A DNA stretch of 63,239 bases, counting the filler. It is 12 parts of 12 records of this genome, joined end to end, with 100 filler letters (N's around TTAATTAATTAA, not from the genome) between each part and the next. Parts side by side here need not be neighbours in the genome. Positions count along the whole stretch, not along the records: positions 39,405 to 45,233 come from SRR15195285_4700; positions 45,334 to 49,168 come from SRR15195285_4705; positions 49,269 to 52,518 come from SRR15195285_4714; positions 52,619 to 58,712 come from SRR15195285_4716; 8 more parts are not named here. One strand, given 5' to 3'. Shown here in pieces: positions 42,401-53,817 of this stretch. The notes beneath the pieces were generated by a model. That model was not told the DNA's origin and made no database searches. It saw only the letters and a list, made by a program, of their open reading frames with translations. Numbering within the stretch: position 1 is the first letter of the stretch; the number at the start of each line of letters is the position of its first letter. The translations under genes and the position numbers were made by a program.

Positions 42401-44595
42401 CGATCGTTCCACGCTCTGATCAGCTTCTGTGTTAGCGCATTGGCTCTGTTGCCGATAATTTTGGCTTCCAAACTGGTCGCACCAGGTACGTTGGCGATGA
42501 TACCAAGCGCCTGATCGTAGAACTCCGAGCCACGTTTGAGGTCAACGTTTGTATCGTTTGTATAGATGCATGCGTTGCCCATCAGCATCAGAATTTCTGC
42601 TTCATGCTCACGCCCAGCCTGGCCACACGCGCGCGCCTTCTTCAACGCGAGTTCGTAGTGGTGATTCATATCATCTCGCTTGTTTAGCCGCATGTACTCT
42701 TGACCGAGATTCGAATGGCACTTGATCAGCTCCATCGCTTCGTCGCATTGCTTCAGTTGCTTCAGAAGGACGGGCAGCACTTCGGCGGGACCGTCTGTGT
42801 GCGAACGCACAATTGCCAAATTTGAGCGCGCCGCGTTTTCCAATCTTTTGTAGTCCAACTCCTTAGCCAAGTCGGCAGCCTGCTCAAAGAACTCAGCAGC
42901 CTCTGATAGGTGGCCCAGGTGGCGGAGAATATCTCCCTTGTTGTTGAGTGCCACTGCCCGTTGTTGCTTTATTGTGCAAACAATGCTCTCCGGCACACGC
43001 CCCGGAACGGCTCTCTGGATCGTCGAGATCTTTTCGAGAATATCCGCCAAGTGCGACAGTAATCTTTCCTGGCATTTCAGCGCGTACGAGTTCTCGCCCG
43101 TACGGCGGTAGGAGCTCGCCACATCTTCTAGTGCAAATATCAAAGCATGAGAACAATCGCCTTCGGATTCCTTTAGCATCTCGTCAGCTTGTTCCTTCGC
43201 GTCTTCGTATCGATTCAGCATCTGATACACCTGGCACAAACTGTGCCTTGAGCTGATGATATGATCGTTGTCCACCTCCGCACCTTCGCGCAGAGATTTG
43301 CAGAAACGCTCTCCATGAGGAGCTGCGTCCTGATAGTTGCCGGCTGCCACGCACACCTGCACCATCAGACCACCTGCGAGGCACTCAAACCTGCACAAGC
43401 TGGCCTTGTCGTCCTTCACTAGAGTCATGATACGGTCAACGTTTTTGGTCAGCTGTCTGCAGCGTTTTTGTTCGCGTAGCAGTTCCGGATCATCCGTTGC
43501 AGCGACAGGAGGTAACCCAACATCATCGCCGCGTTTGCTCCTCTTCACCAACAGCATCAATTTCAGCATTTGTTCCAGCAGCTTCTCGCAGACTTCCACT
43601 CGAAAATCTCTGGCATAATTCGCCCGCATGCCAGTCACACCCTTGGCCGCTTTGATGCCCAGCTTGAGCTGAACCAGAGCCTTGTCGAAGTATTCCTGTG
43701 AAAAGAAATCCACGACATCACAGTCTACTGGAGGGGCGCATGCTTGTGCCCCATAGAGGAGTGACAGACTCCTATGCCACTCGCACTTCATAGCAGGCGG
43801 GGATTGAAGAGACTCCACGGCATGCTCGTACTCCAACGTAGCATACTGCATGCACTTGATCTCATCTGGACTAGTCATCAATATGACTCCCGGTTCAACA
43901 GAACATGAATGTGACTTTTGGGCGATGGTTTCGTACAGCCCCGCAAGCTTAGCGTGGCGAACCCCGTTTGATGACGCCCGATCTCCGCCGTTCTGCTGGA
44001 TAGCCTGCCGCAGATGAGAGATCGCGTCGTTGTGTCTGCCAGCAGCAGTGAGCGCATCGGCGAGGTTCGAGCGGATCATGGGTTCCATCCCTGCGTCCAC
44101 CTTCCGTGTGGTGTAGATTTCAAGAGCCCGCTCCAGGGTTGGCAACGCAGTGTTCTCCTTGAGCTGGTTCAAGACCATACCCTTGTGGTTGAGAACTGCC
44201 GAGCGATACTTACACTCATCTTCGGGCAGCATCTGCTCTGCCTCTCCCAGGAGATCAAGCGCAGCACGGAGCTGTTCTTTCGGCAGCAGGACGCCACGGC
44301 AGCCCGCTTGTCGGTACTTTATCTGACCGCGCAGCATTTTGCACCGGGCACGCAGTACCATATCGTCCTCACGCGCATTGAACAGCACAGTCTGAATCTC
44401 GGCTTCCGCTTCAAGATACTTGCTGTCCCTGTAAAGCATTTCCGCCGTGTCCAACCGATCGGGCTTCCGGCTCGTGGCCACCGCCCGATTTTTGTCGTGT
44501 TTGAGCTTGCAGCACTTCTTGTATTTTTTGCCAGACCCACACGGGCAGGGAACATTCGGCTTGGGATCTTTCACCCTCGGCTTCTGTATAGGCAT
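39405..44595 (-). CDS. 3'-partial SEC-C + TPR + CHAT (caspase-like peptidase) protein, >1700 aa, intronless
   Basis: SEC-C motif PNVPCPCGSGKKYKKCC and many TPR-like helices. CHAT motifs: LLVEPI..LL, FFPHNELALVPFAAL, LPSAIREAREV, VHLATHG, LVVLAACNSGRG, GVMGLARAFLAAGALGVVISLWKLPD. Confidence 0.92.
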
Positions 44596-45233
44596 CGAGC
44601 TCGGATGTCAACGGCTGAGTAGTCTCTGCAGCGTCTGATTTCAGCTCGGCCGGCCACAGCCGCGCTTGGTTAGCACGATCGCCCTCGCGGGCGGCTGTGC
44701 ACGCTCATAACCCTGCCTCGCCTGCAGCCTCTGGCGGCATCAATGTATTGAGATCTCGCTCGCGCTGCCATCCTCCGCACCTGGCCGACCGGAGTAGCCG
44801 AGCGCGTGCAGTCGGACTCAGACAACTTGTCTCCCTTGCTGTACGTGTAGTCCACCGCATCGTCGCATGGCTCGGCGCCGGCGGCGCTTGCGCCCTTGCG
44901 CGCGCCGCGCGTCCGTCCCTCGCGCCGCGCGCGGCGCGCGCGCTCTAGATCTACACCTGCTGTAGGACTAGCTATAGGAGTCCTACCACGCCTGAGTCCT
45001 CAATAGAAGTCGGCGCGGTGGAATACGCGATTACGCGTGCGCGCGGCGGCGAGATGCTTGCCCTCTACCCCTCTTGCCCTCTTCCCTCCTTTTGCTGGGT
45101 TGCGTTTGTTTGCCGCAGCTCACCACGATACTCCCTCGAATAAAAATGATGATAATGGGGTTGGGCAGTCAGTGATGCAAATCGACTGACTGCCCGCTCC
45201 GCCCGGCGGCGTTCGCGTCTGCCTGAATAGGCT

Positions 45234-45333
45234 NNNNNNNNNNNNNNNNNNNNNNNNNNNNNNNNNNNNNNNNNNNNTTAATTAATTAANNNNNNNNNNN
45301 NNNNNNNNNNNNNNNNNNNNNNNNNNNNNNNNN
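45234..45333. other. Artificial contig linker
   Basis: N44-TTAATTAATTAA-N44. Confidence 0.97.
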
Positions 45334-46632
45334 GCAGCAGCAGCAGCAGCAGCGACAGCAGCCACACAAGAAAAAGGCGCAGGGAAAGAAGCGGAAGCGT
45401 GCGCGCCGCGCCCTGAGGCTCAGCCTCCGTCCACAGGTCGACGCGGTGCTGCCAGCACTCGCGCGGTTGGGTGAGGGGCACGCAGCTACCGCGGATCTTG
45501 TGGCCTGCGCCGCACAGGATTTCTTTGGCGGCACGGCCACTGGGTGTGCTGACATCGATTGGGCTACGTTGCCAAGCGAGCTCAACCCGCTGGCTGGCAA
45601 GGTACCGCCGGCTAGAGCAGAGCGAAAGCGGCGGCAGATCGAGTCGCTGCTGTACTGGGCGTGTCGATTGCTTCCTCCGCCAGCCGTTGCCGCAAGTGCA
45701 ACCTCCAGCCCGGTCGTAGTCGATTTTTGCGCTGGCGGAGGGCATCTAGGGCTTGTGCTAGCTGCACTGCGTCCTGACATCACCATGGTGCTCCTCGACG
45801 TCAAGCAACCTGCCCTCGCTGGAGCCCAGCGGCGTGCAACTGCAATAGGCCTCAGCAATGTGCGGACCTTCTGTGGTGCTGTGGGCGAGTATCACACGCC
45901 ATTTGACCTGGCGCTAGCGCTGCACTCCTGCGGTGGAGCTGCAGACGCCGTGCAAGCTGCCGCGATTGCTGCTGGTGCGGGCTTCGTGATCGCACCATGC
46001 TGCTATGGCTTCGTACAAGCCGCAGCAGAAGAGCATGAGAACCAGGCGCCTGCTCATACGGAAGGAAGCGGTGCCACCTCCGGGGCTGCGTCTGCAGATG
46101 CTAAGCTACTGCTCGTGGCTGACCTACAGTATCCACGGTCCGCCACATACCGAGCTGTAGACGCGCTGAGCGCAACACTGTATGCTGCCGTCGCGGGCTC
46201 GGCCGACGCTACCTATTGGCCAGCAGACTCTCGCGCTGGTACATCACACACCGGTCATATTCGCTTCCAAATGACAATAGAATAGAGACAGCAAAAGTCC
46301 ATGTGTGAACTAATCTTTGTGCGTTTGTATCATTGGCAGGGGAGCACGATGTGCTCGCGCGCCATTGTATGGCAGCGATCGACCGAGATCGGACGCTACT
46401 AGCAGCAGAAGCAGGCTATACAGCAGCGTTCACGACCATGGACGCTGTGACGAGCGCAGTGGCAAACAAGAAGACGGTGGGGGAAGACGATGGCACGGCA
46501 GCTGGAGGAAGACAGAAGGAGCTCCCCCAACGAACTGGCTCTGGTGGTCAGAATGGTGGGCATGGCAGCGGGCTGAAGAATCAGGTGCTGGTTGGCTGGC
46601 GTTCACCACCACGGAACGAAATCATCACCTAG
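45334..46632 (+). CDS. GSTCD: 5'-partial SAM-dependent methyltransferase, GSTCD C-terminal-like; intron 46239-46339
   Basis: DWATLP..LNP..G.VP..RAERKRRQIESL, VVDFCAGGGHLGL, ALHSCG.AAD, FVIAPCCYG, then CMAAIDRDR...KNQVLVG in exon 2. Confidence 0.8.
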
Positions 46633-46704
46633 TGGAGACATTACGATAAACTGTGTCACTTTGCAACGTCAAACCACCCGTTGCAGTACCGTTGTCACTC
46701 AAGA

Positions 46705-48561
46705 TTATAGCGCGGCGTCTGCTGTCGAATCTGATTTTAGGCTGCCGTCCCCGTCATAGCGATTCAGCTTCTTGAGTTTCTCAGCAGCCTCTTCAAGCAA
46801 ACCCAGGCTACGCACGAAGGTAAAACGCATGTACCTGCCCCGTCCAATGGACCAGGTAGATATTAGGTACAGTCGTCGCAACGCCTAGGCCCGTTCTATA
46901 GTGGAGATTCGGTACGCACTCATCGCCGAATTTGCCTTCTTGGTAAAATCCATCGCCAGGCACAGGAGCAACGCCGATTTCCTGGATCATGAACATTGCG
47001 GCGTCCAACGGGTCCTTCTTGCTTAGAGCGGGGACGCCGCGGTACCTTTGGCAATAGCACAGCACCTCTCAGACTCACAAAATATTTCCTCGACGTTCCT
47101 ACTGGGCTGAGCCTGGTCAACGCATTGGTCATTCATGAAAGTTTTCTAGCCTGGCCACTTACTGTGTAAAAATGTAATAAGCGCCCTCCGGCACACTGAG
47201 CTTAAACCCAACCGCAGCAAGGGCATCGCAGAGTAGCTTCCGCTTGGGAAGATAAGATGCAGCGATTTCCTTTGTGAAATATCTGCCGAGAGCAAAACCG
47301 CGCTTGCATTAGATCAGAGACAAGTGCTCTTGAAGGAATGCAGAACTCTTCTTACTCGTCCGGCAGGCGTAGGAACCGTTCGACACCCTTTTGTAGAGGA
47401 GTTGGGGCCTGGATCACAATGGAGTCATGGACTGCCCGGATCTTGGTGGTGAGGTGCGGTGGCGAAATAATCCAGCCAATCCGCCAACCCGTGGCTGACG
47501 CTGTTTTAGACACAGATTGGACAACTACTGTCCGCTCGCGCATACCCGGCAGCGTTGCGCAGCATATGTGCTCCTGATCAATGATCAAGTGTTACAGACA
47601 GAACGACGATAATTAAGAAGAACGACGCAGACAACAACAACGAGAGCAACATCCATAGAGCTAGCTGAAGACGCACATGCGGCTCGAAAAGGATGTGCTC
47701 ATAAATCTCATCTGTTACGAGGATGATGTCTTCGTCGATGCACAGTTGGCAGATAAAGCTCAACTCCTCGGCCGTAAACACCTGCGCAGCGGTACGCGCC
47801 CCAAGTCATCTGGGGCTGGATTGGGAATGTTTGCGCTGAGGGTGCGTTCGTGGGAGCTGAGTTCCGCTCACTTTACCCGTCGGATTATGCGGCGAGTTGA
47901 GGAGGAAAGCCTTCACGCCAGTCCCACACAGTTTGCTGCGCATCTCCTCGCGATCAAAGTGCCAGACTCCCGACGCATGATCTTCCGTCAACGTGCAGAC
48001 AGTTCCCTGCAGACCCCACACAGCAACCTGCGCTGGGTACAGCTCGTGAAACGGCTGGAACCACGCCACGCAGTCGCCAGGTGCGCAGATCGCGCGGAGC
48101 GTGGTCGCAAAGCCCTCCGTAGCCCCGAGGCAGACGGTGACCTCTTCCATTGGGTGCGGCCGGAAGTCTTCGCCGTAGAACCTGGCGGTATAGTCCGAGA
48201 TGGCATCGCGCAGCTCGGCCGTGCCCATCGGGAACGAGTACTGATTGAACATGTCCAACTGCCCCGCCGCCCGCGACAGCAGTTCTTTGAGCGTCAGCGA
48301 GCTGCCATCCTCCCCTTCCTTGACAAGGTCCCTGACCGTCACCCCATCCATGTACTCCATACCATCTGGCGTGCCGCCAACGATCGCAGCAACGCTGCCC
48401 CACGCCATGTCGTACTGTGGGCCCTCGTTGGGGAAGCCTTGGGAGAGGTTGACCGCGCCATGCTGGATAGCCAGCCGGGTCATCAGCCGGATGGTACTCT
48501 CCTGCGGCTGGTTCTGACCCGCAGCCGCGGCGTAGATCCCACTGCCGCCACTGCTGGCCAT
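46705..48561 (-). CDS. PLP-dependent aminotransferase class I/II (kynurenine/methionine aminotransferase-like); 6 exons
   Basis: AVNLSQGFP, NQYSFPMGTAELR, LNSPHNPTGK|VF, TDEIYEHI, PLP lysine motif SVSKTASATGWRIGW, PEGAYYIF, VAPVPGDGFY and YMRFTF. Five phase-consistent GT-AG introns. Confidence 0.93.
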
Positions 48562-49168
48562 GCTCCTCTTGAGCAAGAACCTAACCAACCGCCCACTTAG
48601 TTGGGTGGGATCTCTAGCAGATGTGTGCACAGCCACCCAATTGACTTGGGTTCTTTGTGATCTGCTCCCTGCTCCTCCTGCTCGCTGTACTACCACTAAG
48701 TCTGCGCGACGGATCGTCGGCTGCGGGAGCGCACTACACGTCTACAGGCAGCAGACACCGGCGGAGGGAGCGAGTGCACACAGCCCACACGGGCACACGC
48801 ACGGGCGCAAGCACCAGGTGCAGGTTCGTTGGTGACCTCACTCCTCAGCACGAGCCTCCGCCGAGTACGGTCGCTATCTGGTCGCTATCATCACAATAAG
48901 ATTTTAGGGTTCGGAAGACTTCGGACGGTGACGAACTGAACGACAGTGCAACGGTGCTGGGTGATGGGGTGAGAATGGTACAACAAGTTGCCCCCTCCAG
49001 CGGGGGGCCAGGATACGGCATTGCGGAATGCGGCAGAGGATGGCAAGGGTGGGGTGACAGCGGTAGCCAGCTGGCGGGCCGTTGCACATCTGACATAGTT
49101 AGGTGTGTATTCACATCGTCCGTTTGACGGTCTAGTACCTGAAGTGAAGTGCCGGAACGAATTGAATT

Positions 49169-49268
49169 NNNNNNNNNNNNNNNNNNNNNNNNNNNNNNNN
49201 NNNNNNNNNNNNTTAATTAATTAANNNNNNNNNNNNNNNNNNNNNNNNNNNNNNNNNNNNNNNNNNNN
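49169..49268. other. Artificial contig linker
   Basis: N44-TTAATTAATTAA-N44. Confidence 0.97.
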
Positions 49269-49407
49269 ACTAAAGATTGACAGCACAGATTCTGATCAAC
49301 AGAGCTCGACCTACTACAGGCTCAGCACGAGAAAGTCAGACGGTTCGCGATTTTCATTTTGGAATGTCAGAGCTGAACCGTCGCTACAAGCTGAAATACT
49401 GTCGTCT

Positions 49408-52400
49408 TTGCAAGACCGTGCTGTAGTACGAGTAGATGAGGTAAAAGCTGGCTGGCTGCGTATAAACTCTGGATGGGTTCGTCAGAAACAAGAGGGAGCT
49501 GGCTGGGCCGAAGAGCCATCGTACCTCGTGAGGTGCGCTGGAGCTAGGGCGTGCAATGGCAATTTCGTTGTATCTGAAGAGCTCCGCGATGGAGCTCGTT
49601 GCTGGAAAAACAGTGGCTCCATGGTAATGCTGCAGCGCTGCGCAACTTCAACCACAAGGTTTTGGTGTTTTGTAGATGAACGCGTGTCTGCATCAGGTCG
49701 CCCCCGTGCACGCTTTGTAAACCAACGAGTTGAGGGTTTATATGCAAATGGTCGGTGGTATGCGGCTCGCATCGCTGAGATTCACGACGACGGTGCTGAG
49801 TTTACTATAAACTGGGACGACGGTGATCGACGGCATCGCCGGCAGCCCGCAGTGAATCTACGGGACCACCCTGATGCACCACCACCAGCACCACCGGGCA
49901 CCCTCTACCGGGCAGCTGCGACGGGCGGCGCCGACGAGCAACCTCCTCTGACTGGCTGGACAAGTGCAGGCTGTAGTGACAGTCAGCCTCCCTCCCCAGA
50001 GCTTTCAATTCAAGGTGAGAGCCCGGTGTGCACAGCAGGCCATCAAATATCAGTCTGTACGTTTTCAGACGGCGCATATGAAGGAGGCTGGGTGTGTAAT
50101 AGTTGCCGTACTTCGGCATCCCCGACGACACCTCGTTGGTTCTGCAAGTCTTGTTCTTATGATATATGCACTGACTGCAAGCCCGAGACGACGAGCTCGC
50201 AGGGGACGAGCCGGCACACGGCTGATCTGGCCAACGCAATGCTCCGCAGCGTTGGTTTTTTGTCTCAGGAATGGAAAGAAGCGGTGCAACAACTTATCGT
50301 GACAGGCCTGTCTGACTCAGTCCGTGACGATGTCCGACTGCCCCTTGAGTTGCTCGGAGGCTGTCTTCCAAACTTGTCAGTCGGTCTTGTGGTAGAAGTG
50401 CCGAGCCCCGCTGGTAAGTCTGGCCGGATTGTCGGATTTGCGCCACAGACAGGGACGTTGCAACCCTCGCAACGTCCTAACAACGCAAAAGGCATTATGA
50501 TAGAGTCCAACGACACGCTTTATGGACCATTTATGCCAGAGACTGTCCAGCCAGTGACGCTAGTGCCCGACGTTAACCCTGACGCCTTCGAGTTGCTCAT
50601 ATCTGTGGCGAAAGCAAAGCTCCCGTCGCTTGCTGAGGCTAGCAAAGTTAGCCACCAGTGGGCAGAGACACTTCAAGCAGCAATGGCAATGAAGGTTCTT
50701 GTGGCACAAGCACAAGCACCTGGTCTTGCGGAAAGTTTTGCACAAAAGCTCGATCGGCGAAACATTGTGAGCGATATCATCGCTGCTGCCGACGCCGGTG
50801 TAACAGGGTCACTGACAGAATGCATCACCAAGATGGAGCGCTATCTTTCAGCCCTTCTTCAGAAAATTGACACTGCCAAGTTCTCAATGGTCGAGAAGTT
50901 GCTTTCTGGCTTCTCGCGAGAATCAGTTTACACGGGCACTGTGAAATACACGATTTCCGAGTCGGAATCGGAACCAGAACCGGAACCAGAACATGCGTTC
51001 GATCCAGGATGGCTTGAGGCGTACTGCGGACTGGACTTGGACGGAATACGCACCAAGGCCGCGCGGGACGATCGAATAAGCCCAGTGCAGCCACTATACT
51101 CATTCAAGATTGTTGGCAGTACTGTAGCTGTCATCGACGCTGGTTTGCGTCTGGATCTGATGATAACAGTGCAGTCACCTGACGCTTCCGTGCTTGCACA
51201 AAATGCTCCAGGAATCACCGCAATCAGCACTATCTTGCTTAAACCTGCTGGAGATGAGTTCCAAGGTAAGAGCGAGAGGCTTGCCGATGAAAACGGAATT
51301 GCGCAAGATTTCCGTGACTGTGAATACTGCGTAAGATTTTTGCAGGGTACCATTGCTCTCCGTTCAGATCATTTCACCGTAGACCTTGTGGACACAGTGG
51401 CGTTGGGTGAAGTACCCAACGCAACATCCGCTAGACCTTGTCCTACTAAATCAGCTTCGACATCTAATCTGCAACCAATGGGGAAGCAGATACCCTCCTT
51501 GATCTACAAGCAGTCGTTGCTTCTGGATCAGTCGCATCTATTCCGAGGATCAGTGCAGCCCGAGGATGAGATCCGGGCTGAAAGTCAAACCATGCGAGGG
51601 GACTGGCTTAGCTCCCCTCGTGAACCTGCGGAAGTGCAGCTTGCCATTCCTGCACTAGAAACCTCCCGTGATGAAGATATTTTGGTGCATTTGAACAGAG
51701 TGTTGCGCTGCTTGGGCAGCTGTTACTGTGCACAGGTGGCCTTCAAAGCACTGGAAGAGCCGATGGATTCGGCTGAGATTGTAGATACGCCAGAGCAGTG
51801 CGATGCCGCTGTAAACCTTTTGCGGCAAGGTCACAGAAATCTGGTGCCTGAAGTGGCGGACGGCAGCGCTGCCACCAGTGTTGTCAAGTGTGCGTTTCAT
51901 GAAAGCAAACCACATGCCGCACAGTATCTCTTAAAATCTCAGCAGGATACGTTGCTGTCTGTCTTCTCGGACATCTCAACGAACAACCTGCTGTGCGTGC
52001 AAACACTGGAATCAACTCATCGCAGTTCGGGCGGAGCTGGCAGCAATGACAACGGCTGGGAGGCTACTCTAGCCTTCGTGGATGCGACATGCATGAAAAT
52101 CGAGTTTGATGAACGTTGTGAGCTGGAGGGCAACGAGGAAGTCGTGCTATTACCCAAAAACGCTGGCCAAATTCGGCTCCAGGAAGGTGACTCTGTAACT
52201 TCGACGACAGTAGAAAGCTCTTCGGTGCGATTCAAAATGAAGAAGACGTCGAGGTCCGTCTGGGGAGCGAGAGTTGCTGTATCTGCCACGACCGCGTGTG
52301 CAGTTGTTGAGTCGAACCATGAGTATGAGCCAAACTGTGACTATGTCGGCAGCGTTCACATGCGTGCCGCGGGTGGGATCACCAGTATGCACGTCAAGTT

Positions 52401-52518
52401 TGATCCGGACACAAAGACGGAGAGTGGGTGTGACACATTGCGGTTTTATCGCGAGAATCCTCGGGATCAAAGTACTCGGGCGATGCATGAGTACAATGGA
52501 GACTGTTCCAGGTTCAAC
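49408..52518 (+). CDS. Internal fragment of a very large multidomain protein (Tudor/SH3-like, ZZ-type Zn finger, CUB-like repeats), probably of the ZZEF1/HERC2-type giant E3 ligase class
   Basis: Tudor-like VEGLYANGRWYAARIAEIHDDGAEFTINWDDGD, ZZ-like WVCNSC...RWFCKSCSYDICTDC, and CUB-like VESNHEY...KFDPDTKTESGCDTLRFY. The frame is open into the gap. Confidence 0.65.
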
Positions 52519-52618
52519 NNNNNNNNNNNNNNNNNNNNNNNNNNNNNNNNNNNNNNNNNNNNTTAATTAATTAANNNNNNNNNNNNNNNNNNNNNNNNNN
52601 NNNNNNNNNNNNNNNNNN
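52519..52618. other. Artificial contig linker
   Basis: N44-TTAATTAATTAA-N44. Confidence 0.97.
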
Positions 52619-52776
52619 CGCAAGGTCGAACATCTACGGCACCGGGCCATGTAGATCTCGGACCGCATGACGACTGAGTTACCGAAGCATATCAATGGGC
52701 GTGATGTTATTTCGGTACAAACAGCCCTATGGGCTGGAGTTTCTCGGCACACGGAATGTCTATCCTGCGCTCAGCA

Positions 52777-53535
52777 TCAGTCGTCCAAATCTGCATAGTA
52801 GCCACTAGAAACTAAAGGCTTATCTCGTTCTCCGGCGGTTGTCGGTACGTTGTGGTACGAGGGGGGTCGCGTCAGCAGCAGCTTCTCAGCGAGTTTTCCA
52901 GGAAGCGGCTCTTCGTCAGCAGTCTTCACAGCATTCTCCAGCATAGAGAGAATCTCCTGGCAATTTTGTTGCGTCGACACAGTGCTCTTACCCGCCATCA
53001 CGCTGTGGCGTTGTCTGCACAAGTCTGCAGCAGTGCTGCCCTCCTCATACACGATCGTCACTTTCTCACCGACCGCTCGCCCGGCAGGTGTCGTTGCACC
53101 CAGCGGAAATTTGAACGCGCCTTTCGCAGCTTGGTCGTCATCTATATGTGTTTCTGTCACAGCACCTGTGCTGGCGATCTCCGGATCCGCGCCAGCGTTC
53201 AGCAGCGCCTCGACGTGCTTCTTCAAGCCGTCCCGCGCTGCGCGCATGAGCGCCGTCCAGCCAAACTCGTTTCTACTATCGATTCCCCCACCGTGCTCCT
53301 CCGAGACCGGTAAGCCTTGCAGGTGCTCGACCAGCCCCTCGGGATCGTTCACGAAACGGACCAGCACCAGCTCGTTGATGCGGACCACTGGATGCTCGAC
53401 GTCCACCGGCAGTGGCGTGGGCTCAACCTTCATAATGGGCGCCATGGTCCGCTCGAACGTCGCCTGGTCGAACTTCGGAGCAGCGCTCTTCCCCTTCTTC
53501 CCCTTGCCCTTCTTCCCCTTGCCCTTCTTCGCCAT
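52777..53535 (-). CDS. Ankyrin-repeat protein with a K/G-rich N-terminus
   Basis: MAKKGKGKKGKGKKGK start at ATG 53535; ankyrin repeat IDSRNEFGWTALMRAARDGLKKHVEALLNAGADPEI. Confidence 0.8.
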   Translation of the reverse strand: MAKKGKGKKGKGKKGKSAAPKFDQATFERTMAPIMKVEPTPLPVDVEHPVVRINELVLVRFVNDPEGLVEHLQGLPVSEEHGGGIDSRNEFGWTALMRAARDGLKKHVEALLNAGADPEIASTGAVTETHIDDDQAAKGAFKFPLGATTPAGRAVGEKVTIVYEEGSTAADLCRQRHSVMAGKSTVSTQQNCQEILSMLENAVKTADEEPLPGKLAEKLLLTRPPSYHNVPTTAGERDKPLVSSGYYADLDD

Positions 53536-53817
53536 CACCACCTTTCTCTCGTGCACAAGCGCCCCGTCCTGACCCGCTCCCTCGACTGGCGTTTCCCCTG
53601 AGTGAGCTCGGCTGGTGTGCTGGGCAATCTGTACCACTAATATCAAGTTGTATACGCGCGCACGGATACCCGCGATACCGCGCGCGGTACATGCGTAAAT
53701 TCGATGTAGCTAGCGCGCGCGCGCGGCGCGCGCGAGGGCCGCGGCGCGCCAGGGCTGCGCGGGGTAGAATTCCGAGGCCGCATAGCGGAGGGGTGCCGCA
53801 CTGCCCTGGGCGGCGGA

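Noticed and set aside
39405-44595. Intronless structure as evidence of a bacterial or viral origin for TPR-CHAT
   Set aside because: Clearly eukaryotic genes here (Dispatched-like, AAGAB-like, WW-Kelch) are also intronless, and the upstream region has the same CGCG-rich signature as the other contigs.
34180-45233. Apparent proteostasis/defence cluster of USP22, AAGAB and TPR-CHAT
   Set aside because: TPR-CHAT is on a separate contig from the other two genes, so adjacency across the linker carries no information.
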